Below, piece by piece: positions 6,817 to 16,238 of a stretch of 32,000 bases of DNA. The notes beneath the pieces were generated by a model. It was given only the letters and a program-made list of their open reading frames with translations. It was not told where the DNA came from and did no database searches. The position numbers and the translations under genes were made by a program. Numbering within the stretch: position 1 is the stretch's first letter; the number at the start of each line of letters is the position of its first letter. Origin of the DNA: an uncultured bacterium (GTDB lineage: Bacteria > UBP14 > UBA6098); the NCBI GenBank assembly GCA_964606695.1, contig CAZSHG010000002.1, forward strand, positions 102,507 to 134,506. The letters are read 5' to 3'.

Positions 6817-8205
6817 ATGAAATACAAAGCTTTAGCGTTACTGACAATCGTAATCCTTGCCGGCACAATCGTCGGTCAGATTGAAAGAACCGTGTTCATT
6901 TTCGACGGTGCTGGAGGATTGTCGGCCAGATTCGAGAACCCTGATTTACCGGGGGATACAATTCGCCCGTGGGAGGCCTGGGCCGCGGCGATAGATACTA
7001 TCAACGCCCACCGAGCATATTACAACATGCGCGACACGATTACTTGGACGGTCGATTACGATTTCCCGACGGCGATTAATTCAGATATATTTATCTTAAC
7101 GCTCGGCTGGGAGGGAACCGGCGCAGAGGTTTTATCGCCGGCCCAGCAGGAATTGCTTATCGCTTTGCTCGACAGCACCGACAGAACGCCCGAGAAACAA
7201 ACCGCCCTATTTATCGAGGGCAACGATTTCGCTGAACTTTATTGCGATACTTCGACCGGGCTTTATGCTGGAACCTTCGCGGATTACACCGGCACGATTT
7301 TGCTCGATGGCAATGCCGGCTCCGTTTCAACTCTGGTCGGGGAAGACAGTTCGCTCGCGGAGGGGATGTCCTTTGCCTATCGCGTAACTACAGGCGGGCC
7401 ATGCACGGATATGGACGATATCGTCGTGAACGATACGCTATGGGATTCTCATCATCTGAAATATCTTTTCAATGCATCCACAAGAAATCCGGCGCGTGGT
7501 TTACAGCGCAGAAGCTATTCCCCGGGCGCAGTCGTTACCCTGCCGTTCCAATACGGCAATATCCCTCGTGGCGGGGGCACGTTGAATTCGAAAGAGGAAT
7601 TGCTGGTTCGCATGTTCGATTTCGCGATAATGCCTCTGGTATCGATAGAAAGCGATTTGCCCTCGGAGACTCTCTGGGTGGACACGGTTTATACGTTAGA
7701 ATATCAGGCTTATGACAACCGTTGCGTGAAGAACCTGATTTACGAATACTCCAGCGATGGCGGCTCGAGCTGGATTGTCCTCAATGAGATAGCCACCCCG
7801 GAACTGGACACGGTGTCGTCACTGGATTTCAGCATTCCACCGTCAACGGGAGACGATTGCTATCTGAGACTTATCGTAACCGACTCGACCTATAATTACA
7901 CCGCGGACACCAGCGAGAGTTTCGTGGTGATGAATTTTGGAATCGACGAAGGTTCGACCATGCCCGACTCGCCGCATTTACGTTCCTATCCGAATCCGTT
8001 CAACGCGCAACTCACTTTCGACGTTATAGTCGATAAGGCTACGGAAATCGAAATCTACGACCTGACAGGGAGGATTGTCGCAGAATTGCCCGTCTCTCCT
8101 GCCAGGAGCACAGTCAGGTGGACACCTGAGAATCATCCGACCGGATTGTATCTTGCGAGAATTAACGGAACCGGAGAGTCGGTTAAAGCGGTCTATCTGC
8201 GATAA
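6817..8205 (+). CDS. Secreted protein with Asp-box (BNR-like) motif and T9SS-type C-terminal sorting domain
   Basis: ATG 6817 with AAGGA SD. Signal peptide MKYKALALLTIVILAG, YSSDGGSSW Asp-box. C-terminus YPNPFNAQLTFDV..IYDLTGRIVAEL..GLYLARINGTGESVKAVYLR. Confidence 0.8.
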   Translation: MKYKALALLTIVILAGTIVGQIERTVFIFDGAGGLSARFENPDLPGDTIRPWEAWAAAIDTINAHRAYYNMRDTITWTVDYDFPTAINSDIFILTLGWEGTGAEVLSPAQQELLIALLDSTDRTPEKQTALFIEGNDFAELYCDTSTGLYAGTFADYTGTILLDGNAGSVSTLVGEDSSLAEGMSFAYRVTTGGPCTDMDDIVVNDTLWDSHHLKYLFNASTRNPARGLQRRSYSPGAVVTLPFQYGNIPRGGGTLNSKEELLVRMFDFAIMPLVSIESDLPSETLWVDTVYTLEYQAYDNRCVKNLIYEYSSDGGSSWIVLNEIATPELDTVSSLDFSIPPSTGDDCYLRLIVTDSTYNYTADTSESFVVMNFGIDEGSTMPDSPHLRSYPNPFNAQLTFDVIVDKATEIEIYDLTGRIVAELPVSPARSTVRWTPENHPTGLYLARINGTGESVKAVYLR

Positions 8206-8231
8206 TATCAGTTTAGAGATAAGATAATTCA

Positions 8232-8260
8232 GGGCGGGGTTTTCCCGCCCTTTTTATTTT
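8232..8260 (+). terminator. Rho-independent terminator between convergent genes
   Basis: GGGCGGG-gtttt-CCCGCCC followed by TTTTTATTTT. The T-tract overlaps the gpsA stop. Confidence 0.75.
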
Positions 8261-9258
8261 CCAAATTCCTCTTTAAGCGGGCGGGTCATAAGTTCGTGGA
8301 GTGCATCTTGTGGGGATATTTTAGATTCGATTACTCTATCGACCATCTCCGTAATCGGCATCTCGACACCGTATTTTTGTGATAAACCGACGGCGGCAGA
8401 AGCCGTGAATACTCCTTCTGCAATCCACTCGACGTTTTTGAGTATGTCCCGGGGCTTCCCGCCCTCCGCGATCATTTTTCCCATGCGATAATTGCGCGAT
8501 TGTTCGCTGGTGCATGTCAGGACGAGATCGCCCAGGCCGGAAATTCCAAAAATCGTGTTATTTTCAGCTCCCATTGCCAGCGCGAGTTTCCTAACCTCGG
8601 CCAATCCACGAACTATCGACGCGGCACGGGTATTCTCTCCAAGCCCGAGACCATCGATCATGCCCGCAGAGAGTGCAAATACGTTTTTCAACGCGCCGCC
8701 AAGTTCGACACCTAAAGTATCGGCGCTTCGATAAACTCTCATAAAAGGCCCGGTAATAAGCTTCTGGACTCTCTCAGCTATTGCAATATCGCCAGCCGCC
8801 ACGAGGACGGTTGGCTTACATCGGGCTACTTCGTTAGCGAAAGACGGGCCGGAAAGGATTATTATTCGGGAGTTTGGGATTATATCAATTATTATCTGCG
8901 ATGGAAAACGGTATGAACCGCGTTCTATACCTTTGGCCAGATTTACGAATATGATATTGTCGGGGAGCTTTTGGATATCTATTCTCTTCAGCACTCCACC
9001 GATATATTGGACGGGCACGGCCAGGAAAACCACCTTAACGTCTTCCAGAGCCTTATTGATATCGTTTGTTGCGATTATTTTTCCGGGAAGATGTATTTCG
9101 GGTAGGAAAACCCGGTTTTCTCCGGATTCGATATCCCGGACGGTTTGTTCTTCGTATGCCCAAATCCTCGGTTTCAATCCAAGCGACCACAGGTGCAATG
9201 CAAATGCTGTCCCCCATGCCCCTCCGCCGATAACAGCCGTTACGGGAACTTCGGACAT
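8254..9258 (-). CDS. gpsA: NAD(P)H-dependent glycerol-3-phosphate dehydrogenase
   Basis: 334 aa. AVIGGGAWGTAFALHL Rossmann motif, NLAKGIE, LSGPSFANEVA: canonical GpsA motifs. Confidence 0.9.
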   Translation of the reverse strand: MSEVPVTAVIGGGAWGTAFALHLWSLGLKPRIWAYEEQTVRDIESGENRVFLPEIHLPGKIIATNDINKALEDVKVVFLAVPVQYIGGVLKRIDIQKLPDNIIFVNLAKGIERGSYRFPSQIIIDIIPNSRIIILSGPSFANEVARCKPTVLVAAGDIAIAERVQKLITGPFMRVYRSADTLGVELGGALKNVFALSAGMIDGLGLGENTRAASIVRGLAEVRKLALAMGAENNTIFGISGLGDLVLTCTSEQSRNYRMGKMIAEGGKPRDILKNVEWIAEGVFTASAAVGLSQKYGVEMPITEMVDRVIESKISPQDALHELMTRPLKEEFGK

Positions 9259-10265
9259 GCGGCGCCCTCCTCGGCGGCCTTGTAAGCCAAATCTTTCAGG
9301 TCATTGATCTCGGATCGACTCCTATCGATCACCCAGGACGGCAGACGCTCCTCCAGAATCGCCGTGCAATGTAAGCAGACGAAGGCCCAATCTTCGAGTT
9401 TTGCGGCCGCATTCGCCGCCAGTAAATGCACGGTAACCCGATTGATAACCTGCTCCTCCCCCAACGTATCCAATGCCAAAGATAATTGATCGGCGGCATC
9501 GAGGTAGCTTTCAAGATTCCCCTCGGCCTCGTAAATCGCGAGATCATACCATAAAGGCAGAAGACTGCCGGGGTATTTTTCCTCTATTAAATTGCGCATA
9601 ACCCGCGCGGAATCGATCATGTTTTCTTCGCAATATATATATACAAGGGCGTGGATAGCGGCATCACGAGAATATATCGAGTTCCACCTGGCCTCATTTA
9701 ATAATTCTATTCCCTCCTCTTTATTATCATCAACGAAGGGTAAATAAGTCAGAATGCCCAGTTTCGCGCTCTTCCAATAACTATATCCACCCATACCGAG
9801 AGCCGCATCGGCACTAACCGCAGGATAATCATAAGCACGTTCGTAATATTCCATCGCTTCCGAGGATGTTCCAAACGCTTGAATATACTTCCCCTGCTCG
9901 GCCAGAGAAATTGCTTTATAACCGTATGAAGAACCGATAACCCAAAGATTCCACGGATCGAGAGTATCGCTTTTCGACAACGCAATAGCCGAATCGAGAT
10001 ATGCGTTCATTTCGTATGATCGGCGGTAATCTTCGTTGTTCAACATCCAATCCTGGAGATTCGAACCCCTTAAAAAAAGCGGGGCGGGATCGAAAGGAAA
10101 GGCTTCTCGAAGTTCGACAATCATGGAATCGGCTTCCTCGTATTTGTGGACGAACCTCATCGAGATTATTTCGCCGACGGTCTTTTGCATATCGGGATCG
10201 TCGAGGATACTCGCAATAGAGATACCACCGAGTAGAATTATTGTGATTGTCGTTCGTCTAAACAT
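9240..10265 (-). CDS. Secreted helical-repeat (TPR-like) protein, function unknown
   Basis: 341 aa, N-terminal signal/anchor, repeated helical A/Y/L-rich segments. Overlaps both neighbouring genes (19 and 28 nt), which implies one operon. Confidence 0.6.
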   Translation of the reverse strand: MFRRTTITIILLGGISIASILDDPDMQKTVGEIISMRFVHKYEEADSMIVELREAFPFDPAPLFLRGSNLQDWMLNNEDYRRSYEMNAYLDSAIALSKSDTLDPWNLWVIGSSYGYKAISLAEQGKYIQAFGTSSEAMEYYERAYDYPAVSADAALGMGGYSYWKSAKLGILTYLPFVDDNKEEGIELLNEARWNSIYSRDAAIHALVYIYCEENMIDSARVMRNLIEEKYPGSLLPLWYDLAIYEAEGNLESYLDAADQLSLALDTLGEEQVINRVTVHLLAANAAAKLEDWAFVCLHCTAILEERLPSWVIDRSRSEINDLKDLAYKAAEEGAACPKFP

Positions 10266-11839
10266 TTCTCGATTATATGGACAAGGTTATTCTGCAGATT
10301 TGTATCGTATCCCTTCGAGACAATATCGTAACTCAAATTGTCCCCCGTGGAAAAGAGCACCAGCGGGAGATACTCATCTTTAAGTTCGGTTTCATTTTCC
10401 GCACCGGTCAATACGGATATCAACGCGCCGTCGTTGTCTATTAGAATCCTTCGCTGGGTTTCCGGCGCTTCGTTTTGGCCGGTTTTCACCCAAACATAGA
10501 TAAACCTTGCCAAGTCGGCGTATTGTTCGGAGACTTTTTCGACCATAGGCAAAGCGCGTATCGACGGTTCGCCTTCGAGATCGAAAAAGAAGAGCACGAG
10601 TGGTTTTTTATGTTTCACTCGATTGTGACTGAAAGGATTTCCGTCTATATCCGACAATGTAAATTCCGGAAACTCGCCACTCTGTGCCGGTTCGCCAATA
10701 TATTCGGGCACAGAGACATCTACTTTGACGTCAGTGGTTTCGCCTTCTACTATTGTAAACGGTAGAGTCTGCACCCAAACGCTACCGGTTTGATCGCGCA
10801 TCCCGTTCTGTAGAACATAATCTCCGGTTGCCAGTTCGATTACAAATAATCCGTTCGAATCGGCCTGAGCGCCGATTTCATCCAGCGGCCAATACGCGCC
10901 GCCCCCCTGAACCGTTACCGCGAAATGCTCCCATTCTTCCGCGTATTTACCGCCCCTGAAAAATCTCGCCGAAAGGTAGCCCATAGGTGCGTAATCGGAA
11001 GTTACGAGATCGTAATCGAAACCGCCGCTGGCGGACACAACAGTCATGCCGCCGGGGAATTTTTCCGAGGGGAAATTCTTATTGCCGAATTCCTCCGGAT
11101 TACGCGGATAAAGGGGAATCCATTTATCGGACTCGGAATCGTAAACCTCGACCCAGCTCATCCCCGAACCCTCGCCGCGTGTTGTTCTGATCATCGCGTT
11201 TCTACAAGGTATTCCCAGGGACATAAGAATAGCTGTCGTGAGGGCACTACGTTCCCTTGAAGTTCCCCTGCCGCTTTTAAAGGTTTGGTCAGGCGCACGC
11301 ATCCCGCCGAAAAACTCATAGCCCGAAGTGTCGATATTCTCCGCAACCCACTCGTTAACCACTCTCGCGGCGTCGCTAATGTTGCCCTTTTCGAAAGCTG
11401 TTGTGGAAAACTTTTCCCAGAACATTTTACGCCAAGGGGTTACCGGCTCATAACTTATTCGATAAGAGAGAATATAAGGTCTAAACATATCGGCGGGAAT
11501 CTCCCACGGTGCGCTTTCGCGCGCTTTCCATGAATATTCGAGGTGCTCCGAAAGGATTTCTTCCGTCGCCAGCATATGGTCGAGATGAGGCATGGTTTCA
11601 ATCAACCAGATAGCGTCGTCGCGACGTTCTCCGTCGAATTTCCCCACAAAATCTGCCAGTTCTCGCCAGTTGCCTACGGCGTCCTTATAGACTTCGAATA
11701 GATCCTCGACCAACGAATCGTCAACCGCTTTTTCCGCGGCTTTCCAGGCAGACGTGCTGTCGAAATCGTCCGCGAGGTTTTGCCCGTAAGCGCCGACACA
11801 GATAATTACGATGACTATGGTCAATAGAAAATACTTCAT
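10238..11839 (-). CDS. Secreted transglutaminase-like / Ig-like / thioredoxin-fold fusion protein with substituted catalytic residues
   Basis: 533 aa, signal peptide. GTSRERSALTTAILMSLGIPCRNA..MSWVEVYDSESDKWIPLYP aligns to the transglutaminase core. FTLSDIDGNPFSHNRVKHKKPLVLFFFDLEGEPS aligns to a TlpA/ResA-type thioredoxin fold. Confidence 0.7.
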   Translation of the reverse strand: MKYFLLTIVIVIICVGAYGQNLADDFDSTSAWKAAEKAVDDSLVEDLFEVYKDAVGNWRELADFVGKFDGERRDDAIWLIETMPHLDHMLATEEILSEHLEYSWKARESAPWEIPADMFRPYILSYRISYEPVTPWRKMFWEKFSTTAFEKGNISDAARVVNEWVAENIDTSGYEFFGGMRAPDQTFKSGRGTSRERSALTTAILMSLGIPCRNAMIRTTRGEGSGMSWVEVYDSESDKWIPLYPRNPEEFGNKNFPSEKFPGGMTVVSASGGFDYDLVTSDYAPMGYLSARFFRGGKYAEEWEHFAVTVQGGGAYWPLDEIGAQADSNGLFVIELATGDYVLQNGMRDQTGSVWVQTLPFTIVEGETTDVKVDVSVPEYIGEPAQSGEFPEFTLSDIDGNPFSHNRVKHKKPLVLFFFDLEGEPSIRALPMVEKVSEQYADLARFIYVWVKTGQNEAPETQRRILIDNDGALISVLTGAENETELKDEYLPLVLFSTGDNLSYDIVSKGYDTNLQNNLVHIIEKCLDERQSQ

Positions 11840-11938
11840 ATTCCGCCTTTCATTGTATTATAATATATTTCAAAAGCTCATTTATCAAGAGAAAAGGACA
11901 AAAACGTATTATTATTGCCGGGTAACTTCGGTTTTTCG

Positions 11939-11967
11939 TTGACATACCGCGCCCTTAAACGTAATAT
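11939..11967 (+). promoter_or_regulatory. Sigma-70-type promoter for aspS
   Basis: TTGACA(11939-11944)-17 nt-TAATAT(11962-11967). Confidence 0.5.
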
Positions 11968-11994
11968 TACTAATTATTGTTTTATTGGAGGATT

Positions 11995-13770
11995 ATGCTC
12001 GAAACACAAATGAGAACACATACTTGCGGGGAACTCAGGCCGGAAATGGCGGGAGAAGCCGTTACGTTAGTAGGCTGGATGCACCACGAACGTCACCACG
12101 GAGGCGTGCTCTTCATCGACCTCAGAGACCGCTACGGCAGAACTCAGGTAACATTCAAACCGGAATTGAAAGACCTCTTCGATAGAGCGGAGAAGTTGAA
12201 TCACGAAGATGTCATTCAGGTAAAAGGAACGGTTACGGTCCGACCGCAGGAAGCCCGTAATCCGAATATGGCGACTGGCGATATCGAAGTTATCGCGGAA
12301 GGACTTTCGGTTCTTGCGAAAGCCAAAACACCTCCGTTTGTAATCGAAGACGAAGTCCACGCGATGGAAGACACGCGGTTAAAATATCGCTACTTAGACC
12401 TTCGCCGCCCGGAATTACGCGATGCTATGTTATTGCGTAGCCACGCGAATATAGTAGCGCGAAAATACCTTCAGGAACTCGGCTTTGTGGATATCGAGAC
12501 CTCTACACTGGTTCGATCGACGCCTGAAGGCGCACGAGATTTTCTGGTTCCCAGCAGAAAACATAAGGGAAAATTTTACGCATTACCTCAGTCCCCTCAG
12601 ATTTACAAGCAACTGCTAATGATCGCCGGTTTCGATCGATATTATCAGATTGCCCGATGTTACCGTGACGAGGATTTGCGTGCCGACCGTCAACCGGAAT
12701 TCACTCAGATCGACGTCGAAATGTCCTTCGTCGAGCAGGAAGATGTTCTTCGTATGGCAGAGGGCTTGTTGGCCAGGCTTTTAAGCGAAATCAGGGGCAT
12801 CAATTTAAAGCTACCCGTGAAACGGATGGATTACGACGAAGCAATGCTCAGGTTTGGTTCAGATAAGCCGGACTTACGTTTCGGCCTGGAAATAGAAGAT
12901 GTAACCGAAATCGCCACGAAAAGTTCATTCAACGTATTCTCCGGAACGGTCGAAAAGGGCGGGTCGGTCAGATGTCTTTACGTGCCACGGGGCGCCGAAT
13001 TGTCGCGTAAGGACATCGATGAACTAACCGAACTCTCCAGGAGATACGGCGCGAAAGGTCTCGCCCAATGTAAATTCATAGATGGCGAGTTCACCGGCGG
13101 TATCGCAAAATTCCTCGATGAAAATGAGCGGTTAGCATATCTGGATAGATTTTCCCCAGAAGACGGTTCTATATTCCTTTTCGTAGCGGATAAACCGCTT
13201 GTATGCGCAAGGGCGTTAGGTGCACTGCGACTCGAAATGGGCAGACGTTTCGATCTTATAGATGAAAAGCGCTGGGAGATGTTTTTCGTTGTTAACTTCC
13301 CTATGTTCGAAATAGACGAGGAAACCGGTCGCCCGGTGGCCAGGCATCATCCTTTCACGATGGTGTATCCAGAGGATATAGACAGGCTGGAGAGCGATCC
13401 GATGTCCGTTCGCTCCATTGCATACGATCTCGTATTGAATGGCTACGAAATCGCCGGCGGCAGTATCAGAACGCACGATCCCGGATTGCTTCGTCGGGTA
13501 ATGAAGGCGATAAAATTAGACGAAAGGGAGGCCGAGAACAAGTTCGGTTTCTTAATGGAAGCTATGAATTACGGCGTGCCACCCCACGGTGGAATCGCCT
13601 TTGGATGGGATAGAATCATTATGTTACTCGCCGGGAAAACTTCCCTTCGGGACATCATCGCTTTCCCAAAAACCACTACGGCACAGTCACTGATGGACGG
13701 CTGTCCCAATGAAGTGGATGAAAAACAACTCGAAGAACTCGGGCTAAAAATCGTCGAAGAGAGGAACTAA
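11995..13770 (+). CDS. aspS: Aspartyl-tRNA synthetase
   Basis: ATG 11995 with GGAGG at 11987-11991. FIDLRDRYG, QSPQIYKQLLM, RCYRDEDLRADRQPEFTQID, GGSIRTHD, PPHGGIAFGWDRIIMLL: class IIb AspRS motifs. Confidence 0.93.
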   Translation: MLETQMRTHTCGELRPEMAGEAVTLVGWMHHERHHGGVLFIDLRDRYGRTQVTFKPELKDLFDRAEKLNHEDVIQVKGTVTVRPQEARNPNMATGDIEVIAEGLSVLAKAKTPPFVIEDEVHAMEDTRLKYRYLDLRRPELRDAMLLRSHANIVARKYLQELGFVDIETSTLVRSTPEGARDFLVPSRKHKGKFYALPQSPQIYKQLLMIAGFDRYYQIARCYRDEDLRADRQPEFTQIDVEMSFVEQEDVLRMAEGLLARLLSEIRGINLKLPVKRMDYDEAMLRFGSDKPDLRFGLEIEDVTEIATKSSFNVFSGTVEKGGSVRCLYVPRGAELSRKDIDELTELSRRYGAKGLAQCKFIDGEFTGGIAKFLDENERLAYLDRFSPEDGSIFLFVADKPLVCARALGALRLEMGRRFDLIDEKRWEMFFVVNFPMFEIDEETGRPVARHHPFTMVYPEDIDRLESDPMSVRSIAYDLVLNGYEIAGGSIRTHDPGLLRRVMKAIKLDEREAENKFGFLMEAMNYGVPPHGGIAFGWDRIIMLLAGKTSLRDIIAFPKTTTAQSLMDGCPNEVDEKQLEELGLKIVEERN

Positions 13771-13771
13771 T

Positions 13772-14779
13772 TTGAGTAAAAAAGCTTCTAAAATATCTGC
13801 TACGGGAGAACCTATCAAGTTATCACTCGAAGGCATTGACCAACGTAAACTATTCGGTCCGGGAAACGTTTTTGCAACCGATATCGAGTTGCGGTTTCCG
13901 GTAAAACTGGTTGCCCGCGGAGACGAATTAAAAATATTCGGCGATCCACCCGCAACGGAACAGGTGCGTGATATATTCGAGCAGATGATAGACCATCTGG
14001 AGGGTGGCGGGATACTCACAGAACAATCGTTGGAATACGCCATCCGAATGGTAAAAAAGGACGAGAAACCGCTGATTCAGGAGGATTCCGACGACAGAAT
14101 TATCCTGACCAACAGGCATCAGGCGATCCGCCCCAGAAGCCGGGGACAGCGCAGATATATCGAGGCTATATATTCGAACGATCTGGTTTTCTCTATTGGC
14201 CCCGCCGGGACAGGTAAGACCTTTTTAGCCGTAGCCTGCGCGGTGCGGGCTCTCAAGGAGAGGATTATCGACAGAATAATCCTTGTTAGACCTGCTGTAG
14301 AGGCGGATGAATCCCTCGGATTCCTTCCGGGGGACATGAAAGAGAAAGTAGATCCTTATCTACGCCCGCTTTACGACGCCTTATACGATATGATCCCAAC
14401 CCAGCGGATGGATAAATACCTTGCCGAAGGTATAATCGAGGTAGCCCCGCTGGCTTATATGCGCGGAAGAACACTCAACAATAGTTTCATCATTCTCGAT
14501 GAAGCACAGAACACGACCATAAGGCAAATGAAGATGTTTCTCACTCGACTGGGGATAAACAGCAAAGCGGTAGTTACCGGAGACATCACGCAGATAGACC
14601 TGCCTACCAAAAGAGGAAGCGGGCTTGTCCAGATCAAAGGTGTTCTGGATGGTATCGATGGAATAGCCTTCGTCTATCTGGACGACAAGGATGTAGTCCG
14701 CCATAAACTGGTTCAGGATATAATCCTTGCGTATGAGAAATACGAAGAGCGCGTTTCCGAGAAAGGGGACGAAGAATAG
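13772..14779 (+). CDS. phoH: PhoH-like ATPase
   Basis: 335 aa. Walker A GPAGTGKTFLAV, Walker B ILDEAQN, PhoH-type C-terminus. TTG start 1 nt after the aspS stop. Confidence 0.88.
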   Translation: MSKKASKISATGEPIKLSLEGIDQRKLFGPGNVFATDIELRFPVKLVARGDELKIFGDPPATEQVRDIFEQMIDHLEGGGILTEQSLEYAIRMVKKDEKPLIQEDSDDRIILTNRHQAIRPRSRGQRRYIEAIYSNDLVFSIGPAGTGKTFLAVACAVRALKERIIDRIILVRPAVEADESLGFLPGDMKEKVDPYLRPLYDALYDMIPTQRMDKYLAEGIIEVAPLAYMRGRTLNNSFIILDEAQNTTIRQMKMFLTRLGINSKAVVTGDITQIDLPTKRGSGLVQIKGVLDGIDGIAFVYLDDKDVVRHKLVQDIILAYEKYEERVSEKGDEE

Positions 14780-14781
14780 CA

Positions 14782-14985
14782 GTGGCTAAGGCTATCGAGA
14801 GGGTCGCCGTAATCAAACATGGTTCGGCGGTGAACGAATTGAAGAATGTTGTCGGATTATCCGATGACAAAACCGCCGCAATTCACGACAGCGTTATCCC
14901 ATATACCCAGGAATTCCTCGATGCGTTTTCTGAAAAAAGGCTTCTTCTAATCGGCCGTAAATACTCGTATAATGAATTTGAATAA
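14782..14985 (+). CDS. Hypothetical small protein (67 aa)
   Basis: GTG start 2 nt after the phoH stop, no recognisable motif. It lies upstream of a plus-strand terminator candidate, so it would be co-transcribed. Confidence 0.35.
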   Translation: MAKAIERVAVIKHGSAVNELKNVVGLSDDKTAAIHDSVIPYTQEFLDAFSEKRLLLIGRKYSYNEFE

Positions 14986-15011
14986 AGGATTTACTGGAGA
15001 ACTCGAGCAAT

Positions 15012-15041
15012 CGTAAATTTCACTATAGATTTGCGTTTTTT
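15012..15041 (+). terminator. Rho-independent terminator candidate for the aspS-phoH operon
   Basis: CGTAAAT-10 nt loop-ATTTGCG (7 bp including one GU) followed by T6 (15036-15041). AT-rich stem, so weak. Confidence 0.4.
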
Positions 15042-15094
15042 ATGGTAGATATACTTATGGGTGAGTTCTCGGCTTAGTTTCTATCCACGGCAGA

Positions 15095-15144
15095 GCGGCT
15101 GGCACGAGGATTGCGACATGCCCTGCAATCCTCGCGCCAGCCGC
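15095..15144. repeat. 20-bp-stem hairpin (REP-like) immediately 3' of the ABC ATPase gene
   Basis: GCGGCTGGCACGAGGATTGC (15095-15114) pairs with GCAATCCTCGCGCCAGCCGC (15125-15144), 19 of 20 bp, with a 10-nt loop. The terminal box resembles the 5405/5490 elements. Confidence 0.75.
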
Positions 15145-15146
15145 TT

Positions 15147-16238
15147 TCATTTAGCATTAATCTTCTCCGCAGTCAGACGCTCTTCCGTTTCGCTGTCGAA
15201 GAGATGGACTTTTTCAATATTGAAGGCGAACCCGAGTTTCTCGCCCATTTGCGGGTTGACATCCGGTTCGACTCGCGCGGTTATTTCGACTCCGGTGTAA
15301 TCGAATGTCAGGAAAATTTCGTTGCCCATGGGTTCGACTACATCGACTGTGGTTTCGAAAATGGGGTCGTCGGAGACGTAGATGTCCTCAGGGCGGACAC
15401 CCAGCCAGACTACTTCTGAGTGGGCTTTTGCGAGGGCTTTTTTTTGAGTTTCGTTGAGGGGAATTTCGTTGCCGAGGATGAAAAGATTTTTGTCCTTGCG
15501 GTCCGCGCGAAGGAAATTCATCGCGGGGGAGCCTATGAAACCGCCTACGAACATGTTGACCGGCTTTTGGTAAAGGGTCAAGGGCGCATCGACCTGCTGA
15601 ATTAGGCCGTGGTTGATGACTGCGATGCGGGTGCCCATGGTCATCGCCTCGGTTTGGTCGTGGGTAACGTATATCATCGTGGTTTTGAGCTTGTTATGAA
15701 GCTGGGAAATTTCCGCGCGCATTTTGACACGAAGCTTGGCGTCGAGGTTCGAGAGGGGTTCGTCGAAGAGGAAGACTTTGGGCTTGCGGACGATAGCTCT
15801 TCCGAGGGCGACTCTCTGCCGTTGCCCGCCGGAAAGGGCGCGCGGTTTGCGGTCGAGATATTCCTTTATACCGAGGATTTCCGCGGCTTCGGTAACGCGT
15901 TTATCGATATCGTCTCGTTCCATATTGCGCATTCGTAGCGGGAATTCCATGTTTCGGCGCACGGTCATGTGCGGATAAAGGGCGTAGGATTGGAACACCA
16001 TGCCTATATCGCGGTCGGAGGGGGAGAGTTCGTTGACGACGCGGTCGCCGATTTTGATTGTGCCCTCGGTGATTTCTTCGAGGCCGGCGATCATCCTCAA
16101 AACCGTAGATTTACCGCATCCCGACGGCCCGACGAGGACCATGAACTCGCCGTCCTTTACGCGTAAGTTCGCATCGGCGACCGCTTTGGTTTTACCCTCG
16201 TAGATTTTTGAGACGTTTTCGAGAATAACTTCGGCCAT
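15147..16238 (-). CDS. ABC transporter ATP-binding protein, MalK/UgpC/MsmX sugar-importer family
   Basis: 363 aa. Walker A GPSGCGKST, Q-loop, signature LSGGQRQR, Walker B FLFDEPLS, C-terminal regulatory (TOBE-like) domain. GAGGA SD. Confidence 0.9.
   Translation of the reverse strand: MAEVILENVSKIYEGKTKAVADANLRVKDGEFMVLVGPSGCGKSTVLRMIAGLEEITEGTIKIGDRVVNELSPSDRDIGMVFQSYALYPHMTVRRNMEFPLRMRNMERDDIDKRVTEAAEILGIKEYLDRKPRALSGGQRQRVALGRAIVRKPKVFLFDEPLSNLDAKLRVKMRAEISQLHNKLKTTMIYVTHDQTEAMTMGTRIAVINHGLIQQVDAPLTLYQKPVNMFVGGFIGSPAMNFLRADRKDKNLFILGNEIPLNETQKKALAKAHSEVVWLGVRPEDIYVSDDPIFETTVDVVEPMGNEIFLTFDYTGVEITARVEPDVNPQMGEKLGFAFNIEKVHLFDSETEERLTAEKINAK

Noticed and set aside
11977-11994. TTG start for aspS at 11977
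   Set aside because: The ATG at 11995 is preceded by GGAGG at the correct spacing, and the extension overlaps the 5' UTR just downstream of the -10 box.
15061-15419. Plus-strand ORFs 15061-15300 and 15111-15419, downstream of the sigma-54-like string, as possible target genes
   Set aside because: They lie antisense to the well-supported ABC ATPase gene and have no SD. The sigma-54-like motif is reported as a finding, but not as the promoter of these ORFs.
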